A stretch of 64,000 bases of DNA from Eledone cirrhosa (lineage: Eukaryota): positions 128,750 through 192,749 of the forward strand of contig CAXHJY010001284.1 in the NCBI GenBank assembly GCA_964016885.1, written 5' to 3'. Both the position numbers and the translations under genes were made by a program. This document shows, in pieces, positions 11,670 through 23,839 of the stretch. Position 1 is the stretch's first letter, and each line of letters opens with the position of its first letter. The notes under the pieces were generated by a model. The model was not told the DNA's origin. It saw only the letters and a list, made by a program, of their open reading frames with translations, and did not search any database.

Positions 11670-11846
11670 AACAGAACAGGTGAATATTTAAATCGTTTTT
11701 TAATTTATTTAAAAGATTGTTTGATGATTACTTGTTCCGCTCATTTTTATAGTTCTGGTATCTCAAATTAGTACCATCGAACCACAACTATTATAAACAC
11801 CATGCATATTTCTGTAGGTACTTAGTGCCTGTTGGAATATCCATAC

Positions 11847-11898
<52 letters not shown>

Positions 11899-11938
11899 CA
11901 GATTATATATATATATAATGCACATTATATATATATGC

Positions 11939-11969
<31 letters not shown>

Positions 11970-11983
11970 TATAAATATATATA

Positions 11984-12044
<61 letters not shown>

Positions 12045-12105
12045 GTAAACAGAAATAACAACACAATCGGTACAGTATATGGAAGGGATATATTAGGTTA
12101 ACGCT

Positions 12106-12164
<59 letters not shown>

Positions 12165-12479
12165 GTATTTGTAGCCGATCACTCAGACTTTACGAAGAGC
12201 TGAGAGAATGTGGTTAATATTTAGAATGGTGTGCTCATGCGCGGAGATGCTATAAAATAGCTTCTAAAATCGGATGAAGATCCATAAAGGCGGTATCTAG
12301 GAGATACGAGGTTCGATACCTCGTAGCGGCCAATGCAAACTTCTTATACTTCTATATATAGATGCACGTGAAGTAGCCGAAATATATGATGGAATTATAT
12401 CAATGTATATACACCATAGATGTGACTGAGATTGTGTAAAAGTGTCTATAAATTTACATATTTTTAGTATATATAAGAT

Positions 12480-14700
12480 TTCTTTGTAGAACAACCTCAC
12501 TTCTAAACAATAGCATGATATTTTTCTAGTTTCATATTTTATATTGAATTTATGATCATCCACTAAAGTAAATTGTGATAATACCCCGCCCCTCATTATT
12601 TTGATAGCCAAATCTATTGTATGACTTCTTTCTAGTGCTCGGGAGAATTTGGCAACCAAGAACAGAATGCTAGACGTTTACAATCTTTATTAAAAACAGC
12701 GCCTTCAGAAGTGTCTGTTTCGATGGTAACAGCATATGCTCTTCTACTTTAGCCCAGGTGGTCCCCTTAATAACTGTTTTTTAGTCAATGATTGCCGTTA
12801 CAGCTTTCCCTGGAAGCCAAAACTTAATATTGATTAGAGTTTTTATTCATTCAGAAGAGTGAAAGATCCACAGGGAATATCGTAGGAACAGACACGCAAT
12901 ACAATATCAAGGCTTGTTTATTAATATGCACAGGCAATTCTTCGAGTGAAATTAAACGTGAAGAGTTAGGATCCATTTCATTGTGACTAATTAGACATCT
13001 TTCAATACAAAGAGTTTAATTCAAAACTTTACATTTACCCAGTGTTATATTAGCTTTACGTCAAGGATTAAGAATTTAGATAAATATTTCTGTTTTACAA
13101 CTTACGCTGACATGGTGGATTGGCAGTATCAGCTTAGTTACGTCCCTTTACGGCCTGAGTTCAAATCCCGTCGAGGTTAACTTTGCCTTTCATCCTTACG
13201 GGGTCGATAAAATAAAGTACTATTAATACGCAGGGATAATTGCTGGCCTTGTGCCTAAAGTAGAAACAATTATTGGAATTCGCGCCTTCCAGCTGGTTTT
13301 CACGAATACACGGTTATACATAGTTCATTAGAAACACGTATCAACACTTACAAGTCGATATATAAACGCTTGAACTGGAGCAATTGACCGTCTGCTTCGA
13401 AAGCGGTAACTACTGTATCATCAGAATGCATCACCTCTCTGCGGTACCCACGTAGTTCTACAGTACTAAATACCGTACAAGAAGACGTTTGTTAGCTAAA
13501 AGATACCAACTCTCTGAGGTACCCCCTACGTATTTGGCCTGTACTAAACAAATTGCAAGATAATATTTGTTAACTAAAAAAAATCTTAGTTGACTAAGTA
13601 GTATATGTCTAAGTACGTATATGTATTACTAGTTCTGGCGTAGTTGCCTACGAGTCTACTTCTGTTGTTAATGTTTAAGAAATATTTCTTCGTTAAGTTA
13701 ATTGGTCCGAAAACGTCTTCTAATAAAATCATTTCTGCATCAAATGATTTAAATTTATAAGACTTCGTAATTACAGGTTTAATATCCTGCAGCATAGAAC
13801 ATTTTGATAGCTGGATTTATTGTTAGCGAAACACCTAAATCAGTGATAAGAAACTCCCAGAAGAATTAAGCAGCAGAAGGTCTTCAGAGAAGAACCCACC
13901 ACCCTTATGCAAGTGTTTCAGCCCTTAACGGTTTACACTTTAAATGGGCCGAGCTGCACTCAGATTATGACATCTGGATGCCCTGCTGCTGACAGTTTTT
14001 AGCGATTCGGGTATCGGAGACATCTGTATTTAAACGTATGGAGATTTTGTTTACAAGATCTAGCTGGAATCCCTCTCCGTTGCCTCCACTAAACTTATAT
14101 TTGAAAGCAGAGACAATGTTTAACAAATGAGTGATTGATGAGAAAAGAAATTCTCAGTATAACATCTGATCAGCTGTCAAATAATACATGGAAAGGTATC
14201 TTAAAACATTAGGGTACGTTCATAAAGGTTTGATTGGTTTCGACAGTTAAATGGAAGCCATAGATATTATATCACCTATGATGATATAATGGCTTACATC
14301 ACGCACAACTAATTCAGAAATAAAACTTAGATACTGCCTCTGTCAACGATCCCTTTTGGAGAAGTTCTGCGAATAGTCAATTCAATGAAGAGTATTTCTT
14401 GTTTGTTTTTATGCAAAAAATATATGAGAAAGTGCCTCAGAGAAAATAAGAGGCTTACTGGTTCTTTCTAGGATTTACAGATCTTTAAAAAGTGACCTTT
14501 TAATTATACTTAGAATAAATCGTATCATAGTCTGGGTAATGAGTGCAATCTTATTGCAGAAGATAACACATATGACGTTTGGCAACTGCACAACTCTTTT
14601 GATTTGTTTTATCTTTAAAAAGATTTATCCTGGTCATTTTGACGGAGGTGAGTGAATTATTTTCTAAGTGTAGAGGAAACTTATAGATTTGAGAAAATAA
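12480..14700 (-). mobile_element. Highly decayed Ty3/gypsy LTR retrotransposon gag-pol (protease, RT, RNase H)
   Basis: Minus-strand fragments in the expected order: protease-end-like FCCLILLG; RT IKPVITKSYKF, RLVGNYARTSNTYTYLDIY (cf. RLVIDYSQTINRFTxLDAYP), VFSTVELRG...TAFEADGQLLQFKR, ISHNEMDPNSSRLISLEELPV; RNase H TIETDTSEGAVF...LAFCS and QFTLVDDHK. Many stops and frameshifts. The 5' (gag) boundary is approximate. Confidence 0.8.
13113..13273 (+). mobile_element. SINE family A inserted in the gypsy RT
   Basis: Family core, with an internal deletion in the head. Confidence 0.9.
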
Positions 14701-14904
14701 TGGACCGAACTTAATTTACAGTTTAATTTAAGACTAGTGTCCCTGAAGCCTCAGAAGAAGCTGCCGGTAAAGCATTAATATTTTAGGACTTCATGGTCAA
14801 TACAGATAATTGTAACTATGAAGGAATTAATTAGTTTCGCTTTGTTTTTTTTCATCAAATAACGCAAATTTATTTTTTTAAAGATGAAATAAATTACAAT
14901 TTAT

Positions 14905-15008
14905 CAACGTTTGCTCATGGACACAACGTATCACCCGGTTAAAGTATTGAACTCACAATCTCCCGATTGTCAGCCCGATGGTCTAACCACTAAGCCATGT
15001 GTCTTCGC
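14905..15008 (-). mobile_element. tRNA-derived SINE family B, head fragment
   Basis: Similar to 62690-62787 (ttgctca..acacaa...gaac.cac.a...cc.ct..gcca.gtgtctt). Confidence 0.6.
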
Positions 15009-15543
15009 AATTCAGTTTAAAGTTGGTTTATTAAAAGTTTTCCCGATGTCTATGGACAGAACTGCCAGAGAGAGAGAGAAAGAATAGTTTGCCAAGTACA
15101 ATAACGAGCAACTGCAGAATACCGTGGTGATCCAACCATTTCTATTGATATTATTTTAGGAAATTAACAATATATTTTAATACCTATGACTTGGTTTCTT
15201 TTCTCATATCAATTCTTTTACATTATATCATATTATAGCCTCACGTTTGATGTAATTCCGGATAATATATTCAAATATATGCAGTATTTTGAACAAAAAT
15301 ATATTCTTGTCTTGGCAAAATATTTATTATAATAATATCTGATTCTTTTGGTGCTTTAAATTCGGAGTTGCAAGAGCTTTCCCCGAAAATTGAACAAAAC
15401 AATGAGTTTATCTCTTTATTTTAATGTATTTTTATTTAACTATATTTTGACTCGGTTTCTGCTAGGTTTCACTTTTGGCTCATATTAATAACCAGAATAT
15501 GTAAACGAGAAAATTCCACTGATGAATGAAACATATTTATGTA

Positions 15544-15579
<36 letters not shown>

Positions 15580-15597
15580 TATATATATAATATAATA

Positions 15598-15677
<80 letters not shown>

Positions 15678-15915
15678 TATAAGTATATTTATATATATAG
15701 TAATAATATATATATAAATATTTATATATATAGTAATAATATATATATAAATATATAGTAATAATATATATATAAATATATATAAATATATATTTATATA
15801 TATAGTAATAATAATAAATGTGAAGACTAAAATCCAAAGAGGGCTCGATAAGGATAAATATATATCAAATATATAAGAACCCTGGAGCAAATATTTATTA
15901 AAATAACAGATTAAA

Positions 15916-15964
15916 GTTTAAGCAAAGAATTGCTGCTTTCACCCTCAACGGGATCTTCTGAAAC
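15916..15964 (-). ncRNA. Hammerhead-like motif (CAGAAGA core variant)
   Basis: gttt CAGAAGA tccc-gttga-gggt GAAA gca...tgc TT aaac on the minus strand. Confidence 0.55.
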
Positions 15965-16338
15965 TAAAAAAAAATCAATTTGTGAACGCAGAAGTAAATA
16001 TTTCGAAAAACGTTGCAACCGAATGAAAACAGGAAGACGATACTTTGGTTCGTGAAGACGTTCCCTGACAAGGAACGGAAAAAAGTGAAGATAATACGTC
16101 GTTATGTGGAACGGAAGAACAATTACACGCAAAGACAAAACCACGTTTATGGTATAAATGGAGTCATTAGAATAATATTCTATTTAGGAAACCGAATGAG
16201 TATTATTACTTTTATGATTTCAACAACCTCTGTCATTTTCGTTCAACCAACTCACCTACACTATTCTCTTCCTGTTTTCCCACGGTTGCAACGTTTTTCG
16301 AAATATTTACTTCTGCGTTCACAGATTTATTTTTTTTG

Positions 16339-16387
16339 GTTTCAGAAGAACCCGTTAAGGGTGAAAGCAGCGATTCTTTGCTTAAAC
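16339..16387 (+). ncRNA. Hammerhead-like motif (CAGAAGA core variant)
   Basis: Stem I gttt/aaac; CAGAAGA 16343-16349; stem II accc/gggt; GAAA 16363-16366; stem III gca/tgc; CUU site. Confidence 0.6.
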
Positions 16388-16475
16388 TTTAATCTGTTAT
16401 TTTATATATATATAACAATTGTTTCACCTAGGTAGTGACAATTATTTCACCTAGGTGAAACAATTTTTCTCGGTA

Positions 16476-16805
16476 TATACTATACATACATTCATATATA
16501 CAACGCTATTTCAGAGCACCAACCCTAATACCTAATTGTTACTGGACCAGCAATCGCTCTGTATAATCAGATCCTGATTATTACTGGAATTCTATAAGAA
16601 TCCAGCTTCTATAATTTTCGGCGGAAGCAGGGAGTGCGTGGCTCCGATGATCACCAAACAGCGTTAAACAGACTATTCGCTTCTCTCCCTTCTTTCGCCG
16701 AAGAGAAGTAAGTGACATAGTCACTACTTTAAAACCGATAGCGTATGGTCTTCAAAATGTTTTTAATTAAACATACGGTATATTGCCAAATATACTATAC
16801 ATACA

Positions 16806-16815
<10 letters not shown>
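16476..16815 (+). mobile_element. Short insertion between 25-bp direct repeats, with a decayed hammerhead
   Basis: tatactatacatacattcatatata at 16476-16500 and 16791-16815. Internal cgc-cgaaga-gaagt.agtgac.ata.gtcact.acttt-aaaa-ccgata-gcg at ~16696-16743. Confidence 0.45.
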
Positions 16816-16881
<66 letters not shown>

Positions 16882-16989
16882 GTATAAAATGATAAGTGTG
16901 AAGAGCAAATAGACAAAAATATACATAATTTGCGAAGCGTTATGCTGCCAATAAAATACACGCACCTGTTGATTTCACTTCTAGTATAA

Positions 16990-17645
16990 TTTACTATTAT
17001 AAGTTCTCGCTAGTGTACTTTTAAAAGGAAAGCTAGCGAAAATTCCACTATGAAAAAGCTCATCAGTATTCTACCGACATCACAGAATGGGTCTTGGGGG
17101 CTCACTTTAGATCATTCAGACAAAAATTATATCTACACACAGAAAAGACGCAATGCTCCAATAGATTATTGAAGTGACAAACATAAACGAACTCCTACAA
17201 AAACTAAATAGGAAGCACGAGTGGAATAGCAACAACCTCGCGATGTAGTGACTAAGGGCAAGATAAAGAGACTCACAAGAATTACATTTATAAAATAAAC
17301 CGGACACACACAGACAGAACAAGTAACCAAGAGGTAGAAAAGAGTGAAACTAAATAAATGAATACATATAAATAAATAAACATATTTTTTTTTAAATACA
17401 CACAAACTCGAATATAACGCATGCGCAGCCCAAGTACACAGCTCACAAAAACAAGATGGTGTAAGGCAGAACAAAGGAGAATCACAAAATAACAGCAAAT
17501 GTAGCCAGTAGGGACGTCACAGAATGTGTGACGAAAGAGCTTTGATGACAATCAACAACTAACCAGCATGGAAATTAAGATAATAAATTGAAGTGAAATC
17601 TAACAATTGCGTGTGTTCATTATTGGCAGCATGATCCTCCAAACT
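16990..17645 (+). mobile_element. 5'-truncated Penelope-like element: decayed GIY-YIG C-terminus plus 3' pLTR
   Basis: Hand translation KSSSVFYRHH...IQTKIISTHRKDAMLQ*IIEVTNINELLQKLNRKHEWNSNNL resembles the DAMxRQIxEAVxI...LNxKxEWN tail of PLE endonucleases. 17446-17643 is homologous to the hammerhead-bearing repeat at 18739-18947. Confidence 0.65.
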
Positions 17646-17715
<70 letters not shown>

Positions 17716-17719
<4 letters not shown>

Positions 17720-17950
17720 ATACTTTGGGAGGGTCATGTTGCCAATAAGAAGCACACGCACCAGTTGCTTTCAATTCAATTTATTATAAATTAAATTTAT
17801 AAATTTAGGAATTTATAAATTTCCGGTTGGTTGGTTGGTTCCACAACCAGACGATTGTTCATATATTGTCAAAGTTCTTTCGTCACACATTCTGTAACCT
17901 CTTCAGTAACTGGGGATTCTTTTCTTTGTTTTTGTGCCTCTCCTTTGTTC
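17716..17950 (-). mobile_element. Penelope-like pLTR copy (inverted)
   Basis: Reverse complement of 18755-18947; starts at a (TA)n tract. Confidence 0.75.
17868..17910 (-). ncRNA. Minimal type I hammerhead ribozyme
   Basis: gtta CTGAAGA ggttaca-gaatg-tgtgac GAAA g-aa-c TT tgac. Confidence 0.72.
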
Positions 17951-17994
17951 AGAAACGAAATATATATATATATATATATAGTTTGTATATCAAA

Positions 17995-18176
17995 TAATTG
18001 TTTCTACTTTTGGCACAAGGTCATCAATTACCCAGTGCATTACTGGTACTTTATTTTATCGACCTCGTAAGGATGAAAGGTAAAGTTAACCTCGGCGGGA
18101 TTTGAACTCAGAATGGCAAGGGCCGTAACTCTATGCATCAAAGCATGGTGTCCGACCCTCTACTGATACTACCAAT
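17995..18176 (-). mobile_element. SINE family A
   Basis: Reverse complement of the family consensus. Confidence 0.9.
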
Positions 18177-18309
18177 AACAAAATTTGATTAAGCTATGTT
18201 TTGAGACATCTTAAAATCTGACATTCCTCATCACTTCGACATCAGCCATACTCACTAATTCATAACACTCCAATATATTTTCACTTCTCTCACTTTCTGA
18301 CCATCCATT

Positions 18310-18610
18310 GTTGGCGCACAAATTACTATGCCTAATCACGTGACTGCCGCTAACCAATAAAATCGCAAATAGCAATTTTGAGCCACTTTTTGTGGCGCGA
18401 AAGCTGCTGTACCTAATCACGTGACTATCATCAACCAACATAATTGAAATTTAAACAAATAGCAATCTGAGTCACTTATTTTGTATTAAACAGAAATAGT
18501 TTTCGAACTCCAGATAGATGTAAGACACACCACAACAGTAACACAAACCCTTCATCTCAATTTTACTTTTGATAATCATAAGAACTGTGAAACCGGTAAA
18601 GTAAATAAAT
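18310..18610 (+). repeat. Probable PLE tail: ~84-bp tandem duplication plus decayed hammerhead
   Basis: Two copies of ggcgc...cctaatcacgtgact...aaccaa...caaatagcaat..gag.cactt. Then tttactt TTGATAA...GAAA ccgg TA aagtaaa at 18562-18605. Confidence 0.5.
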
Positions 18611-18700
18611 ATTCATAAAAGATTTCAGTTGCATTTTCAAATTCTTTTCCTTATATTTCTAACAGCGTGGGGCATTTAAAAAAAATAATACTTTCTTATA

Positions 18701-18942
18701 TGCCTCTCCTTTGTTCTGTCCTACGCCATCTTGAAAAACAAGATGGCGTAGGACAGAACAAAGGAGAGGCACAAAAAACAAAGAAAAGAATCCCCAGTCA
18801 CTGAAGAGGTCACAGAATGTGTGACGAAAGAACTTTGACAATATATGAACAACCGTCCGGTTATGGAACCAACCAACCAACTGGAAATTTATAAATTCTG
18901 GTGCGTGTGTTTCTTATTGGCAACATGACCCTCCCAAAGCAT

Positions 18943-18947
<5 letters not shown>
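18701..18947 (+). mobile_element. Penelope-like pLTR copy with 5' fold-back
   Basis: Perfect 33-bp hairpin at 18701-18771, then a hammerhead; ends in (TA)n. Confidence 0.75.
18797..18839 (+). ncRNA. Minimal type I hammerhead ribozyme
   Basis: Stem I gtca/tgac; CTGAAGA 18801-18807; stem II gtcaca/tgtgac; GAAA 18826-18829; very short stem III (ag/ct); CUU cleavage after 18835. Confidence 0.8.
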
Positions 18948-19013
<66 letters not shown>

Positions 19014-19089
19014 ATCTGTGTATATATATATGTGTGTGTGTAAATATATATGTGTCTGTGAATGAATGAAATATTACATACACAATCAA

Positions 19090-19169
<80 letters not shown>

Positions 19170-19478
19170 GGGAGGGGAGGGAGGGAGGGATAGAGAGGGG
19201 GGAGAGAGAGAACTGTAACCAAGGTGACGATCATATGTTCAATAAACATGTTTTTATCGTCACAGTGAATAATATTTCCCGTGATATATATATACATAAT
19301 ATCTAAATATCTATGCATATATTTATATATGTACATATATAATTATATATAATTATATATATAATTATATATAGAGAGAGAGATATAGATGAACACGTAC
19401 AGAATCGTCAAACACATTCGAGGTTAGAGGACGTTAGATAAAAGCATATACATGTACACACATATATACATACAAACA

Positions 19479-19563
<85 letters not shown>

Positions 19564-19702
19564 GTTTATATATGATACGGGCATACAGTCAAAAACCGAA
19601 TTTCTATCACTTTTTCCTCTCTCTTTTCCTCTCTATTTGCCCATCTATTTATCTCTACATCACTCTGCATAGTGTGTGTGTATATATATATATATATTAT
19701 AT

Positions 19703-19799
<97 letters not shown>

Positions 19800-20011
19800 T
19801 GATATATATATGAAATACTGTTGGCTTCTTGCTCACATTAATTTCTCTATTTTCATTTATATATATAATATATATATATAAGATATATATATATGATATA
19901 TATATATATATATATATAATATATATATATAAGATATATATATATGATATATATATATATATATATATAATATATATATATATATTATCAATCATATATA
20001 CCTATGTATTT

Positions 20012-20047
<36 letters not shown>

Positions 20048-20070
20048 ACTACATAGATATAACTATCTAT

Positions 20071-20117
<47 letters not shown>

Positions 20118-20540
20118 ATGTGTCTGTATGAGTGCATATATATGCGTTAACATAATAGAACTTATATGTAGACAGACACATTGATGCGTAAATTCAAACA
20201 CGCAGATGCACATACGCACATCCGTCGAATCCCCTTCTTCCTCATTACTCCCCCACCACACACATACCAATCGACCTTCCCCACTGTCCCAGCTGCAGTG
20301 GTATTCGATCACCGACTTATATAGACCTACAAAGACAAAAGACCAAGCGACAAACACAAATACATAAATACATACACACCCATATATATAGAATCATGTA
20401 TATACAGCTTTACACAGCAATATACACAAGCTCACACACCCACCTACATACCACCCAACTCACGCTGCGTCTCGCTGGCAGCGCAAGCTTTACGCTCGAT
20501 AACAAATTTATAGCTGGAGACACATACATTCTTATATATG

Positions 20541-20594
<54 letters not shown>

Positions 20595-20707
20595 CACGTA
20601 TATACATGTGTGTATGTATATATTATATGTTTATATATATATGTTTATATATATATATGCATACGTATATACATGTGGGTATGTATATATTATATGTTTA
20701 TATATAT

Positions 20708-20771
<64 letters not shown>

Positions 20772-21009
20772 ATACATATGTATATATATATATATACATA
20801 TATAAATATATACATATATATATATACATATATAGATATATATAGATATAGATATATAAACATATATATAAGCATATAATATATACATACCCACATGTAT
20901 ATACGTGTGCATATATATATATACATGAACACTCAGTGCATTAGCTATATATATACACACATATACACATATACACATATGTATATATGTGAGTGAGTGT
21001 GAGTGCGTT

Positions 21010-21090
<81 letters not shown>

Positions 21091-21450
21091 TGTATGTGTT
21101 TATATGTGTGATCATAAACGTACATTCCAGAATCCGTACATATTCTCATAGAGAAATACATACAGAGATATCGACTGTTAGACATACACATACATATCAG
21201 ACAGTGTCTCTCACTTGACTACACATATACCCCATAACCAGCGCCACATCACCTCGCACCCTTGGCAACACACCACTTGTTTTCGATAACAAGCTTACCA
21301 CATTACACATACAGAACTCTACACAGCGAGATACACACACATACGAAGATACGCACACACGTCCATGCACATATAATGATGCAGACGCCTACGCGCTATC
21401 TAAGCAAACATACATATACAAACATACATACACATACATACACATACATA

Positions 21451-21517
<67 letters not shown>

Positions 21518-21584
21518 GTGTATATATATATGTATATATATATATATACATACCTATATATATACAAACACACACATATATATA

Positions 21585-21617
<33 letters not shown>

Positions 21618-21652
21618 CATACGTATATGCATAAGTATGTGCGTATGTAATC

Positions 21653-21738
<86 letters not shown>

Positions 21739-21937
21739 GTGTACGGGTGTGTGGGTGTGTGTTTCCATTCATACATACATAAATATGCATATATGCATAG
21801 ATCCATCCCTCCTACATACATACGTACATACATACATACACACATACACACATACATACATACATTTATACACACATACATACATACACACATACATACA
21901 TACACACATACACACATACACACATACATACATACAC
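18948..21937. repeat. (TA)n/(CA)n/(TACA)n microsatellite field with short diverged dispersed repeats
   Basis: Direct inspection. Confidence 0.9.
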
Positions 21938-22361
21938 GTTAGCTCATACCCACCATCACCACCTCAATCATCCCTCTGGCAGCACAAGCTTTTCGTTCGA
22001 TCACAAACTTACGGCTCTACACACCGGATTAACAAGTCAATCGATTTTTCCGCCATCTTGTTTTTTTTTGCTTTTTTGTTTATTCTTTGTTCGCCATTTT
22101 GTTTTCCTTCATTTGTTGTTTATTTATTGTTTATCACATAGTTTTTTGGGGGTTTTTTTTCTAGTTTATTTATTTTTATTTTTCGATATTTTCATCAATG
22201 TTTGCTTCTTGTGTTTTTGTTGTTATTTTTTGTTGTTTTTGTTTTTTTGATCATTTGCATATTTACTTTTTACCTTATTTTTATGTCTTTTATTGGGTTT
22301 TTTCCCCGTTGCAATATTTTGTATATTCATTTATTCCTTCTTTATATTTTTTAATTCATTT

Positions 22362-22503
22362 TGCTGCTGCTGCTGCTACTACTACTGGTACTTGTTAGAG
22401 TTGTTATTGTTGTTGTTGGTTGTGGTGGTGTTGGTGGTGGTGTTTGCTGGTGTTGTTGTTGTTGTTGGTTGTTGTTGGTGGTGGTGGTGGTGGTGTTTGC
22501 TGG

Positions 22504-22549
<46 letters not shown>

Positions 22550-22562
22550 GGTGGTGCTGTTT

Positions 22563-22594
<32 letters not shown>

Positions 22595-22653
22595 GGTGTT
22601 TGCTGGTGTTGTTGTTGTTGTTGTTGGTTGTGGTGGTGGTGTTGCTGGTGTTG

Positions 22654-22685
<32 letters not shown>

Positions 22686-22803
22686 GGTGGTGGTAGTGTT
22701 GCTGTTTTTGTTTTTGTTGTTGTTGCTGGTGGTGGTGGTGGTGGTGGTGATGGTGATGGTGGTGATGGTGGTGGTTTTTGCTGGTGTTGTTTTTGTTGTT
22801 GTT

Positions 22804-22835
<32 letters not shown>

Positions 22836-23765
22836 GGTGTTTGCTGGTGTTGTTGTTTTTGTTGTTGTTTTTGTTGTTGTTGTTGGTGGTGGTGGTGGTG
22901 GTGGTGGTAGTGGTGATGGTGGTGGTGCTGTTTCCTGTTGTTTTATGCGTGGTTGTGGTTGTTGTTGTTGTTGTTGTTTTCACTGGATGTGATGGTGGTG
23001 ATGGCGATGGTGGTAGTGTTGTTGTTGTTGTTGGTGGTGGTGGTGTTGCTGGATGTGGCGGTGGTGGTGGTGATGGTCGTAGTGTTGTTGTTGGTGGTGG
23101 TAGTGTTGTTGTTGTTTGTGGTGATGGTGGTAGTGGTGGAGCTGGTGATGGTGATCGTGATAGTGATGTTGTTGGTGGTGGCGGTGATGATGGTGGAGAT
23201 GGTGCTGGTGGTGATGGTGGTAGTTTTGTTGTTGTTGGTGGTGGTGTTGATGATGGTGAAGATGTTTACTGTTGTCTTAAGTGTATGTTGTTGCTGTTGT
23301 TGTTGTTTGGTTTGGTTTACTAGTATTAGTATTATTACTAGTATTATTAAACCGGCCTTGTAAAGCCACACAACTCGCCATCCGTCGCTCTTCTGGCAAA
23401 TAAATATATTAATATTATTACTCTTATTATTATCATTATTATTATTCCCACCACCACCACCACCATCATCACCACCTCCACCACAACCACTACCACCATT
23501 TCTGCCACCACTACTATCACCACCACTACTACCACCACCACTACCAAAATAAATATCATCATTACCACCACTACCACCAGCACCACCTTCACCAGCACCA
23601 TCACCACCACCACCATCACCACCACCACCACTACTACCACCACCATCACCACCACCACCACTAACATTACCACCACCACCAGCATCACCTCCACCACAAC
23701 CACCATCACCAACACCACCATCACCAACACCACCATTACCACCACCACCACTACCACCACCACCA
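22362..23765. repeat. (GTT/GGT/GAT)n array followed by an opposite-polarity (ACC/ATC)n array
   Basis: 22395-23310 is GT-rich; 23448-23765 is AC-rich. Confidence 0.95.
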
Positions 23766-23839
23766 GCTTAATTTCGTTTTCTTCCATTTTTGTTATTTTT
23801 CCCTACTTTTCTTCCCATTTATTATTGATGTTTGTTGCA

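Larger units (their letters stand above)
10953..11850. mobile_element. Penelope-like pseudo-LTR element in partial-tandem plus inverted arrangement
   Basis: Segment A (10953-11273), spacer, segment B (11316-11428, ending in the start of A), then rc(A) 11426-11747 and rc(B) 11748-11850. (TA)n on both sides; a hammerhead in each A copy. Confidence 0.75.
15899..16404. mobile_element. Inverted-repeat element, ~140-bp arms, each with a hammerhead-like fold
   Basis: 15899-16040 is the reverse complement of 16262-16404; TA-rich flanks. Confidence 0.75.

Noticed and set aside
12290-12335. Functional tRNA gene
   Set aside because: Only a T-arm-like hairpin; no D arm, anticodon arm or adjacent 5' acceptor strand.
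12635-12725. Plus-strand exon CSGEFGNQEQNARRLQ...
   Set aside because: It is the antisense of the gypsy RNase H fragment.
13586-13920. STAND NTPase (ILLEDVFG as Walker B, VVGSSLKT as Walker A)
   Set aside because: Neighbouring peptides fit the Ty3/gypsy protease-RT-RNase H order much better.
23348-23375. Histone 3' stem-loop (ccggccttgtaaagccacaca)
   Set aside because: Stem and loop lengths do not match the 6-bp/4-nt consensus, and there is no histone ORF upstream.
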